A stretch of DNA of 64,000 nucleotides from Raillietiella orientalis (lineage: Eukaryota). Position 1 is the stretch's first letter; every line of letters starts with the position of its first letter. Made by a program: the position numbers and the translations under genes. Shown here in pieces: positions 49,413 through 61,003 of this stretch. The stretch covers positions 558,001 to 622,000 of the forward strand of contig JAYWIR010000002.1 in assembly GCA_036172245.1 (NCBI GenBank). Direction: 5' to 3'. The notes beneath the pieces are model-generated. The model was not told where the DNA came from and did not search any database. It was given only the letters and a program-made list of their open reading frames with translations.

Positions 49413-52400
49413 CCACAACCATCGAAGCGGCGACCTCAGGGAAACTACTGCTGCGAGAGCACGCAGCATCAGTTTCGTCGCTTCTTAACAGCAAATTCGC
49501 TCTTCTCTCCCCACTTTTTTTTCTTCTGTTTTTCTGAGGACGGTTGGTCTGTTTCCTCGACCGCCAGAGGTACCACAGTCCCTCAGGTCGTCGGGTAACA
49601 CGTTGTCTGAGCAGATGACGACTAGATCCTCCCTATTCGGAGAACGACGAAAAGTGGGTGCCTTATGCGGGCTCTCGTTGAGACAGGTCGCATCCGATTC
49701 AGGATATCGCTTTTTGTACAGGATTCCTGTTTTCTCATTGCTGGTATCTGCTGATGCTCTTCCTCAGGAGACCTTCCGCAATGGCAGCAGCAAGTAAGCA
49801 CCGAAAGCAGCAACTTTGCTTGCTGTGACAGCAGTAAAACAGCGCAGCAGCTGTGGCAGTCGTACCAACAGCAGGCAATAGGGCTAATCGCACTAGCTAC
49901 GACAATCGTCTGGATGTTTGAGGCGGGACTTCCAACAATCAGTGCCATCGTTCCCATGGCCTCTGTTAGAAGCAAGAGGAGGACCAGGAGCAAAGCTAGT
50001 AGGCAGGTGCAACCAGAACTCCCTCCCGATGCTTGCTCCCACTCTTTCCGTCCCCCCTCTCTCTTTTATTTTAGGTGATCCCTTCCTTCTTTCCTGAGCA
50101 CGAGTCTCGGGAAGAGAAGGACGGAAAACTGCCTCGAGGGATGTGTGGGCTACGAGGCCAGGAGGCAGGCTCTGGAGAAGCGCCGACACCTGGGGCTGAA
50201 TGGGCCGTAGCAAAGTGTCCTGCCCTCGGTCGACCTTCCAGCTCCCACGCTTCTCAGTCGGGAGTACACCGGGTTAATCTGAAGAAACCGTCTCACTAGG
50301 GGTCGGAGCTCACGACTGGAGCTACCATCACCCGTTCCCCTCTTGCTGGATTTTCAGTGCGCGCGTCAGACCACGGAAGAGGTGGACAAGAGTCTTGTCG
50401 GAAAGTGTTCGGCCTGGAGGAAGCCAGCGAAAACTCGCCGTTCCTCTGCGAGGACGGAGAAAGGGAAGGGATTCATCTCCGTCAAGGGCCTGCTGCCGCC
50501 CGGTCTCAGGAGGGGGCTGCCGGTGGGGGATGATACGGGAGAGAAGACACCATCCGCATCTTGCCCTCCCTTCCCCTCTTTCCGTCTTCGCCCGTCTGGC
50601 GGGAGCGCGCGCGGACGTTCGAGCGGATTACGCGCGCCCGAGTGGATCGACACGTTAAAAGCCCGCTAATCAGATCGCGTTTCACGCGCAGGTGACTCGG
50701 GCGGCGCGAGGGCGGGAGAGGAAAAGGGAGGGCAGGGGAGGAAGGCAAGGAGATTGCGCAAGGGAACGTTTCCGTTACCAGGCGACGGGAATCGCAGCGG
50801 ACCCGCGGAAGAACGCGCGAGCGTGAAGCTCGCGGACGCCGATTGCGACACGCCCCCGTTGCGACACACCAGCTGGCGCTCGTCGCCCGGACGCTCCCGA
50901 CAGGGACGTTCCGCGATCCATCCAGGAGAGCTCTGCCTCCCCGGAGGAGGAGCATCACCCACAGCGCTCGCGATGGTCCGCTCCAGACGATGCCTCACCT
51001 TCTCGGGAGCTCCCAGGCGATCAGCTTCTTCCCGTCCCCGGGAAAAAACCTGCTTTTCTTTTACATTTACTTCCCTCCCCCTCCCAGCCACTTCCGCTCT
51101 CCCTGGGCTCACGGGGTGTGCTGTGGTCTTTACGTAAAGGGACATCGCTCCAGACTACATCTCGATGTCATGGGATCCTGGAGAGCCAGGAGGCAGTGGA
51201 AGGAAGAGGAGAAAGTCTTCCCACCCTCTCCCACCAGCAAACAGCCTTCAGGAGGGAAGGAAAGGAAGAGCTCTGGAAGGGCATGAGGAGGACTTCTCCT
51301 CTGCCCTCTGCACGCAGGAGAGTTCTCCCCTTGGACCACTGCTGGGCGAGCGCTGCTGACCCAAGAAGACGCAGCCACTTGGACCCTGCCCGAGTACTAC
51401 GAGGGGCGAAGAGCGCAGAGGAGTCCCTTTCACAGAGGTATGGGACGGAGTGCAGTGGGAGGAATAGGGGACAGACGCTCTTTTTCTGCACCCTCGTGCT
51501 CCCCTCTAGGGAACCGGGCTGAGAGGGCGAAGGCGAAGCGCCCTCAGAGCGTCCTTCCCGTCGGCGGTCAAGGCCTAGAGAGACGGGTTCGGCGGGACCT
51601 TCCTGCTGGTCTGCAGCGCTGGGAAGGTCGGCCCCGAGGGCACCTTCCGGATCAATGCCGACAGCGCCTACTACCGATGGTCCGGACAGCAGCACATTGA
51701 CCGCGTGGGCGCTATGCGCACGCACCACACGCGAGCCGCCTAGGTCTTCCGCGCCTGCTCGGACACCTTTCTGGCGGTCGCCAGCGACTCCATGCTGTAC
51801 TGCCTCGACGGAAGAACCGGGGACTTCCGGGAGCAACCATGATTGCTCACCAGAGCCGCCAGCGACTAGAAACACTTCGTGCCGGGGACGGGTCACCGCG
51901 TGGGTCACTTCATGGTGGTGGCCAATGAGTAGGAAAAGTAAGGGAAGAAGGGACAAAGAGGGATGCTGTTCTTCCCAGCAAATGGGGACGGCGGCGGGGA
52001 CAAGTGCCCTCCCCCACCGAGAAGTCGTGGGATACGCTAAGGGGAGGGATCGAGACTCACGAGGAACGAAGGTCTCCTCCTCCAACGGGAGATCTCAGAG
52101 GAGAGACCTGGACAGGATCGAAAACGGCGCTATCTGGCAGGCGGGAAAACGGGAGTGACTGCCAATAGGGAGGAGGGTGAAGGGAACAGAAAGCAGGCAT
52201 GCAGGAATCGCCGCTCTTCCCACCCCCATTGACTTTCCCGGAAGGAAAAGGTTAACGTAGGGAAAAGAGCCAGAGAACTCTCTGGTCCTCAAGGGGAAGT
52301 CGGATGGCTTCCTCATCTGCTCCCCTCCCTCTCCGTTGGCCGGTTCAGCCGCTTAACCCTGTTCACCCATTAGCACTTGCCAGCCGTCTGTCGTTTACGT

Positions 52401-55400
52401 GAACACAAAAGTGCCCGGAGAGCCGGATGAGTCAGAGATTGAGAGAGGATCATCCATCAACTCCCGTTCCCCCTACGGGAAGAGACGGAGCCCGTAGGAG
52501 GAACGGGCGCTGCCAACTCAAGGGGCGCGCGCCGCCACATTCCTTTCAGGGGGTAGTGTCCCTCCACCTGAGACCCGGTACCCTCCCTCTCCCTCCTCCC
52601 CTTTCCGCTTCCCCCTCTTGCGTCTGATGGCGGGCTCCTCCTCTTTCGGTGCATCTTCGAAGTCACCGTCATCGCCGTCTCTGGCCAACGTTGATAGCGG
52701 CGGCGGCGGTGAGGCTTTCTCCATCCCCTGGGGTCTTGCTTCTCCTCCTCCCCTTCCATGGTCCCCAACCCTCCGAAGTCACCGCGTCCGGGATCAAGAG
52801 AGAAAGGGAAGGTGGTGGCGACGGCAACTGTGTCCAGATCTCCCAGCCGCGGGCGAAGTTTGGCGCGGAGAGGCAAAGGGGCACCCGCCTCGATCTCGAG
52901 GAAGGGATGGCGGGTTCCACGCAAAGAGGATCGCAGACAGCGGTCCTCGCTGCGGCGAAGGCAAACCTCTCCGCCAATTCATCTCCCCGGCAACAAGCTC
53001 GCGGGCTGCTTGACCGATCAAGGGGATAACCGGGAACGGCGCCCCACCGCCGCCACCGGAAAGCCGCGGCGCGGACGAGGGGAGCGCTCCGCGGCGATTT
53101 CCACGCCTCCCTAGCGGAGACATCAGGAAGGAGCAGGAATCGGCCTCCTCCTCCTCTTCTGCTACTGCTGCTGCTTCTTGTCCGCATGAGCGGGCATCGC
53201 CTCAGATAAAGATCACCCGGGCGATGCGAGCAGCTTAGCAACCTTTGAGGCGAAGCATTTGGAGCGGGAAGAGAGGAGGGGAGGGGGGGGGGGAAGGGAA
53301 CGGTGGAAACCGCAGGGGCGCTCGGGAGAGTCCGGAATGCTTTTATCCTCGTGCGCTTCCTCTTTTGGAGGGATGTCGGCGGTGGGAGAGTGGGAGAGAA
53401 GAAGAGCGACACTCTCGCACCCCCAGGTCATCCGGCCTCGGGGAGAAAAGCTCACCTCGGGAGGAGAAACGCTGGGGAGGGAGCGTGGAGGGGCTCCCTT
53501 TGTATACCGGAGGAGGGAATTCTTCGAGGCTTCCCTTTGAGTTTCGGGATGAAGAGGAAGAGGAAGAGGGAACTGATGGTTCTTGGCGGTGAAAGGGCCG
53601 AGGCTTTCTCCGTCCCCCGGGAACGCAAGCACGTGCTACACCCCCTCCTCCCCAGGGAGAAAAGCAGGCGGAAAGAAGGGAGAGGAGGGGAGGATGAGGG
53701 GTGCCGTCCGAGGATGCGCCCAGGTCCGGCATCAGAGGACGAAGAAGCGGGAAGAAGCGACAGCATTCCGGAAACTACGACGTGGAGGGAGGCCTTGCGT
53801 GCAAGGGGGGGGGAGAGAACAGGAAAGAAGAGAGTGGGCACCCGCGTCGCGAGAAACCGTTCGGACCTCCCGCGCTTGGCCGGGGAGAAAAGGGTTCCCT
53901 CGCGTCCCCGAGGAACGAAGGGACGGGGATTTGCCGCCTCCACGCCCGCGCTCGGGCGCGTTCCGTCGTCGAGCCCGAGAACTTCACCCTCAGTTTCCCC
54001 CTTCCCCTTCGGGGATCACGACACCTCGTCACCGTGTTGCGAAACTCCGTGACCTCTCTCGACCTTTGGCGGAGCCAAACCGGCAAGGAGGAGACTGCTA
54101 GAGGACCGCCGTCGCGCGTGAGCCCACAGCCCCCGTTTCCGATGGCGCCTCTTCCCTCTGAGGAAGGACACAAGCACATACCATGCGGTGAGGGGAGGAA
54201 AAGGAGGAGGAGGGGGGGAAGCCTCCAGCGGGGGATCGCTGGGGAAGATCCCACGGATTCCCTCAGTGGCTCGCGCCCCGCCTCCTTACTAGAGAGCAGC
54301 CGAAACGTACCATGGTGCGGGAGCGCTCCGCCGGGAAGGTTCCCGGAAACTCCGCTCACCTGGACTTCCCCCCTCAGGACGTTTCAGCACTTCCCGACCG
54401 AGCAGGGGTGAGGCTCCGAGGAAGACAGCGTTTCCTCGCTCCCTCAGGACCAGGCAGCGCCACCCAAGCCCTGCGGTCGGCGAGTCGCAAGGGGCGACTG
54501 GGGGTGGGGGAGGCGGCTGAGCTCGAAGACATTCCCCGTCCGAATCCTCCTCGGACCCGTCGCTTTCCTTTCGTCCATCGGCTCTCTCCAGTGGAATGCA
54601 AGCGCCCGGCCGCTTCCCTCTCACCTGCCCTCCATGTCTGTCCGTCCTTCTCCCCCCGTCCACTCCAGGAGGGAAACGCCCATCTTGTTCCACCTGTCCC
54701 ATCCCCCCGGCCTTCGACGGCGGGCGGCACACGCCTCGCGCCTGCCCGCGCGTCCTTCGCCGCCCGCCCTCCCCCCCGCCGCCTGCAGGGGGGTGGGGGT
54801 TGCGCGGGGCACACACACGCACCGGACGTGCGTGCGCGCACCCTCGCACGTTTCGTCCCTGCCGCCGCATCCGCGCACGCGGGGATACGCGCGGCTCCCG
54901 CCAGTCCGTCTGCCTGCCCGCGCGTCTCCGCGTCCGGTTCCATTCCACGGGAGGATCGCGAGTGCGCATGCGCGCCGAGCCTACGTACGCTTCGTTCATG
55001 CGGTGCGACGAAAGACCTTTTCCTTTTTTTTCTCTCTCTCTCTTTTTTTTTATCATTCTTATTCTAGAACGCCCCTGTGTGTCCAACACTTCCAAAAAAA
55101 GAAAACACACACACATAAAAAAAAAAACCCACAGATATGCAAGAAGAAATGGATTATGGAAATTCCGCTTCTACTGAAAAGGCTTTCGCTTTCTTTCTCT
55201 TCATCCAGAATGCATCGGAGCGCTCAACGGCTGATGAAACCGACTCAATTGCTCACGGAACCGAATGATTTATCTCTGTATCAAGTTGTTTAAAGAGAAA
55301 GGATCCTGTAATCTTGAAGCACTCCTATGAAAATTTCTACGGTCATCAAAGGAAGTCTGCTGCGTTTCGAATGGCTTTTCGCGGTTTCAAATAACCCGCG

Positions 55401-57825
55401 AAGAAGGTCAGTGAAATATGCGAAGGTACCCCCAAAACGAAAACGCAACGTGGCAGAGGGGGAAAGGCGCGCGTGGCAACCGCGGGCATAGAGCTGGGGG
55501 AACGGAGAGAGGGTGAAGAGGCGTTCCCTGCAAGAGGCAAGACCACTGGCTACCTACCTCCCCCCGCGTTCCCGTCCTCCATCCTGGCAACGGCGGCTTC
55601 TTTCCTCCCTCCATGCCGCCTCGTTCTTCTTCCCTCCTCGGGATGGAGGCGAAGAGGACAGGCAGTAGCATCGAGCCCGGGAGGAAGGCGACGGCGGAGG
55701 CGACGCGTGGTTCTTCCGCTGGGGCGAGAAAGAGCGGGGAGCAAGAAAAGGCAAGAAACCAGAGGAGGAGGGGAGGGACTGACGAAGCAGGGTTTGGGGG
55801 GTAGGGGGGACACTCATCTCAGAGACCGTCCTCAGCCAGAAAAGAACGCGACGCCGCGCGACGGTGCGCATCGGCCACAACGGGAGCGCAGCGTTCTCCC
55901 CGTGGCTTGCTGTGCGTTTTGCCGGCATCACGCCCGAGGGTCTTCGCCTGCGACGTCCGCGGCTGGTGAGTGGGTGGCAAGGAGGGAGGACGGTCGCGCG
56001 AACGGCAAAGGAACGCTTCCGGAAGGAACGGACGTCCAAGGCGACTGTCGTTAACAAACCGTTAGAAACCCTTCGCCAACTCGTTTCCTATTCTCTGGAA
56101 CCGGAAGTCCTCTCTGCTCTCTCAGCCCTCCCCGAAAACAGCTCTGACCTTGGGGAAAAATGTGAGACTTGTGCTGCTCTGCAGCCTCTTCGTCTGATCC
56201 ACTTTCCCATCGCGCTGCCTGTGTGTTCCTCTCCTCCCCCCCCCCCCCTTCTCCTCTTCCTCCTCTTTTTTTTTTTTTTCTTGCCGCTGTCATGCTGCAC
56301 ATCTGCGAATCGCGCAGCAAACAGGCGTGACGAATTGGCGCAAAGTGCGAGGCGGAAATGCCGGACGACGGGACGAGAGAAGCGTGGATGCTGGCCCGTT
56401 AGCAGGATTTACAAGCATCGCGCGGGAAGAGCGAAGCTTTCCCGCGCGAAGAGGCATCGTGCGAAGTTTTCCCGTTCGATGAGGGCAGGGCGCTCCCGTT
56501 GGTGATCGCATGGAGCCGAACTGGGTCTTCCCCCCACGAGGAATGCAGGCAGGGGGTCCGCCGAGGAAGGAAGGGGTGAGCTCCGTTCCTTCCGCGCCCG
56601 CGACGGCTTCGCGGTGCTCGGAAGGAAGGGGAAGAGCGGGGGGTGTAGCTCCTTGGAAGCGAGAGCAATGTGCTTCGCCTCCAAAGAGTCGCTGGTCTTC
56701 TGTCCCGTCCCTGGAGGCGGGAGGAAAGCACGCCGAATAGCCACGGGTAACATTCGCGTGGTTGGGGTGCTGCGAGGTGGGTGGCTTTCCCTCTGTGGTC
56801 CCGCAAAAACCGCCGCCCACGCTGCCGTCCGCAGGAACCACCGCTGACCGCGAGCCAGACACGCCTCAGAGGCGGAGGCCCAACTGCAATCGGAACCAGG
56901 CCTTGCTCCGGTCGGCACCGGGCTGACTCGGTCCCAAAGGTCACCGTCGCGAAACCCTGCGTTCAGTCCTCGGCCTGCGGCGACAGTCCCTTCGCTGCCG
57001 TCCTTGCGCCCATCCTTGCAGCCTTGTGAAACGGCTCATCCACTCTCCGCACCCGGCTGCACCTCTACCCGCAGCCTCGCGAAAGGAGCGGCCCCGCCAG
57101 CAGGGTACGGAGGCGCGACTTCCCGAAGGAGAGCAAAGGAAACCTCACGTAACGGTTGGAAATGGAAGCTGGAGACGGCAGCGTGATTCGCATCGGGAGA
57201 GATTGATTCTAGGAGGAGGGTGGTCGCTGACAACCTGTTGAAAGCGAACGGCAAGAACTCGCTTTTGATTCCGCGGGCGTCATGCGCCCGCGCTTTCCGA
57301 ACGACTTTTCTTCCCCCCATTGTTGGCGGGACGAAGAAAGAGAAAACCAAGGGATCCTGCGGACGCGCCTCCTCCTTTCCGTGATCCATCAATTATGCTG
57401 ATCCATCTGCGCATTGTCGCTTCTGCTCCCTGCGCCAGAGGGTCTCTCCGTTTGCTCCCGAGAGCCGGCCCCTCTCCGCAGCAGCGGGACGTCACTGACA
57501 AGAGGGTTCCGGATCGCTTCTTCCGGAATGGGGGGACGGAGGGGAACGGCCTGTGTCGCTGGAGAGAGGAGAACAGTTTCCTCTCTTTTCGGAGACCTAG
57601 GTCGAAGACGGACCCCGGCGCGGGGAACCAAGGGAAAGGAGATTTCGATCATAAGGAAAGGAAGAAGGCGGAAAGTGGGAAAGTGGGAATGCGGGGACTC
57701 TGGACCACCGTGCGGGTCGATTTCGCCTCAGAGGGGACTGAAAGGGAAGGAAGGATATGGAAGCGCGCCCTCTCGTCAGGGGAAAGATCATGGAAATTGG
57801 CCAGTTTCCATGATCGCGATCCAGT

Positions 57826-57998
57826 CTCTCCTCCTCCTCTTCATCCCCATCCTTGTTCTCATCCTTATTCTCATCCTCATCGATTTCCACCTCCTCCTCA
57901 TAATTATCATCCTCGTCGTCGCCGTCACCACCTTCCTCATTCCCATCTTCCTCATCCTCATTCACTTCCTCTTTTCCGTCCCTTTTTCTTCATCATCG
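57826..57998. repeat. Degenerate (TCC/TCA) trinucleotide low-complexity tract
   Basis: CCT/CAT/CTT triplet periodicity; accounts for the acidic, His/Pro and Ile/Leu ORFs called here. Confidence 0.85.
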
Positions 57999-59598
57999 TC
58001 AGTTTCGGAGTGAAGGTATGGGCTGGGGAAGGATGACTGCGAAGATTGCACGCACGCGGAGCGCCTCTCCCTGTCCCTCAGGGGCTCTCAAGCACCTTTT
58101 CGGGAGTGGGGAAGAGAATTGGGCTGCGAGGGGCTGTCGGGCACTCAGCGGGGGTGAGGGGCAGCCGCTCGAAGGGACATGTCCAGAGTTCCGCTGCTGC
58201 CGGCCATTCCAGCACTGCCCCACCCTCTCTACAATCCGGAAGAAGGAAGAGGGGGGGCTGGCGGTGGGAGTCGACTGCTCTCCTTCCACCGCGAGACTCA
58301 GAGGTTGCTCGCGCACGCGTGCGAGGGTCCTCGAAGACAGGCACCTCCCGACCCGGACGGCGCCCCTGATCCAAATTAAAAGTGGCGACTTTCCTCCGGC
58401 GAAGTGCGACCTCCTTCCCATTTTCGTGGTTGCCTCCACCCCCTCAAAGGGCCCCAGGAAGCTCGTAAACCGCGGGCGACTCTCGGGTGAATCGAGGCCG
58501 CGAGGAGCGGGGGCGGCAGCAGGCGGACAAGAGACCCCTCTCGATCCCCCGTCTCATCCCACTCCGCCAACGGGACCATCTTTTCTCGGGAAAGGGCGGC
58601 ACCCGGATTTTCCTCTTCCCTCTTTTTCCTCCTCCTCCGCGCTCCTGGACTTCGCAGCCCCGACGTCTAGTCCCGAGGCGGCGGAGAGGACGCAGATCGC
58701 AGCGCCATGGGCGGGGGACGAAGCGGACGAGAGAAGGAAGGGGCTTTCGCGAAAACCCGCCTCTGCGTGTTCCCTCCCGTCCTTGGCCTCCAGGAAGGAG
58801 AGAAGGGGAGCAGAAAGAGGCAAGGAGGCGGGATAACCTGGCAGCGGCTCTCTGAGATCACGCGCTCGCCTTTTCCTTTCCCCTCCCCCTTTGCATACCC
58901 GCTGATGCGCTGACTAATCCGTCCCGAGATTTATGGGGCAGGGACCACGGCTCTGCTCGGACATTCTTGAAGCCGATTGCAATTTGCATCCGCTTCGGGA
59001 AGGTGGAAGGAGGGGGCAGGAGACCCTCGAAAGGAACCGCGCAGCTCGCTTCGGGAAAAGCTCTCCCGAGCCGTGCCGACGGAGGGTCCGCGGGAAATAC
59101 TTCCGCGCAGTCAGCAGGAGAACCTCAGACAGCGCTGTGGAGAGGGAGCAGGGGAGGGGCGGGGGAGGAAGGGTCACCCCTCGCGGTTTGGACTTGGTCC
59201 TCACCAGTCTCTTCATGCTCCGGGACGAGCGGGCGCCGACCCCAGAGGGCAGGCGCCGGTGGTCGATCCCTGGCGCCTTTAACGTGAGGGCCGAAGCCGG
59301 ATCCGCACCCCCACCCCTCATGAGACAGCGGCAGCCTCACACTCACCCGAGGAAACCGTTCGTCACTCATCCATCTCGACCTGGATGGCCGAGAGCCTCC
59401 GGACTGCGGCGAGTGCCCGGAATAGAGGTGGGGGGAAGCCAGTAAGGAACACAGGCTGAAGGCGAGGTCCCACGCAGATGCGATGGGAAGTGGGGAGACG
59501 GCGCTCGCTTCTGAGCTTCCCGCGGAGAGGCTAAGAGGAGAGGCGAGAACAAGGCACGCCCTCGTGTCTTGGCCTTTGGAAAAGCCTCGAGGGAGGAA

Positions 59599-59690
59599 GT
59601 GACCAAGGAAACTGAAACAGCGGAAGGCCAGCTGCCTAAGAAGCGTGGTTGCTGCTGCTGGAGTCCGGAAGGACGGAAAGGCCTCCGGCG
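59599..59690 (+). repeat. Short diverged direct repeat, copy A (partner 60548-60611)
   Basis: Shares GTGACCAAG, a (TGC)n run, an exact 17-mer GCTGGAGTCCGGAAGGA (59657-59673) and GGAAAGGCCT. Confidence 0.8.
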
Positions 59691-60547
59691 AAGGATGTCT
59701 TGAGCACGGGCAGTATCTTAGCCGAGGAAGGCGACTGAGGCGCGATTACTGCTAGTTGAAAACTTTACGCTCCCATGGCAGGCGCGCCGAAGATTCCCTC
59801 CCTTTGCCAGTTCCGTCCCGATCCCATGAAGAAACCCCGACCATCCTTCGGGAGCAGTCTTCACCCTTTCAGAGAGGAGGAAGAACGAGGAGCAGGTGGG
59901 CACTGGCGGTGACCAGGTCATTCCTTCGACCCGGTCACGAGAAGGCAAGTGATGAGCGGACGCCTCCTTCTGGACACGCTCTCCGGTAAAGCAAGCGCTC
60001 GAGGAACCCTTCCCTAGGCGCCCTTGCTCCCCATGAATGCAGAAAGGCAGCATCCCAATTGGTCATCCGCGGTCTTCTGTGAGGGGTCGCCTCCCTGTCT
60101 AACCCATCTGCCCCCCATCTGGCGTCCGGACCCTAGGCACTCTGGGATAAAATGACCCGGTCCAGAGAGTGGGAGGGGCCTTTGGCCCGCAAGCACTGCC
60201 TTCTGGTCTCATTTGGAGCTGCACGAACGCAGATCCACTCTTTCAGCTTCCTCCATCCGCCGAGCCACTCCTGCTGCTGGCCCGTTGTGAGCATCCCGCT
60301 CGCGCCTTTGGAGGAAATCGGGCCCGCTAGTGGTGGGCAACCCTCAAGCCGGAAGGGAGGACAGCAGAGACCAACCAATTACCCCCTTTCCCCCTCTCTT
60401 GAGCAGAAGCCGGGTGCGTTCCGGGAATTTCGGTGTGACTCGGAGGGGGGAGGGGGGGAACGATGCTCAGGGAAGCGCCGTCACTCCTTCACTGGCCTTC
60501 GTTCTCAGAGGAGCGGAGCTCCATCGGGGCAACCCTGCGCCACCGAG

Positions 60548-60611
60548 GTGACCAAGAAACCTGGCTGCTGCTGCTGCTGCGGCTGGAGTCCGGAAGGAAA
60601 GGCCTTTGGCG
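60548..60611 (+). repeat. Short diverged direct repeat, copy B (partner 59599-59690)
   Basis: Exact 17-mer at 60582-60598, offset 925 bp. Confidence 0.8.
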
Positions 60612-60989
60612 GTGCTTCTGAAGGAGCGGAAAAGGATCCGGGGAACAGCAAGCTTTCGATTCTGTGCCGGTCGCTCAGCGTCCGCACTGTCTGCGGTTCG
60701 GCGGCGGCAGCCTCGGGAGACCGCGGGCCCATTCTGTGTGCTTCCATTTCGAGGTGATTTTGCAACGAGGGCTGCTGATGTGAAAGGATGGGAGGAGGAG
60801 GAGAAGGGGAGGACAGGGCGGCGGCGGCGATCGGACGGATCAAAAAAAAAAAAAAAAGGAAAAGAGAAAAAGAAAAGGAAAAGGCGAGACACGAGCTCAA
60901 AAATTCCGGATTTTTGTCTTCGTGCACTTGGACCATATTCGGTGACCTTAGTCATACGCGCGCGCGCGTTACATTTCAGCAGGCACGTC

Positions 60990-61003
60990 GTTACCATGGC
61001 AAA
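60990..61003. promoter_or_regulatory. RFX X-box-like palindrome GTTACCATGGCAAA
   Basis: One mismatch from GTTNCCATGGNAAC, next to a (CG)6 run. Motif match only. Confidence 0.25.

Noticed and set aside
49768-49793. 26-nt micro-exon (CTCTTCCTCAG|...AA|GTAAGC)
   Set aside because: Such splice-like pairs arise by chance, it is not frame-preserving, and no partner exons were identified.
57414-58036. Acidic (DE-rich), His/Pro-rich and hydrophobic ORFs
   Set aside because: All derive from one degenerate trinucleotide tract read in different frames.
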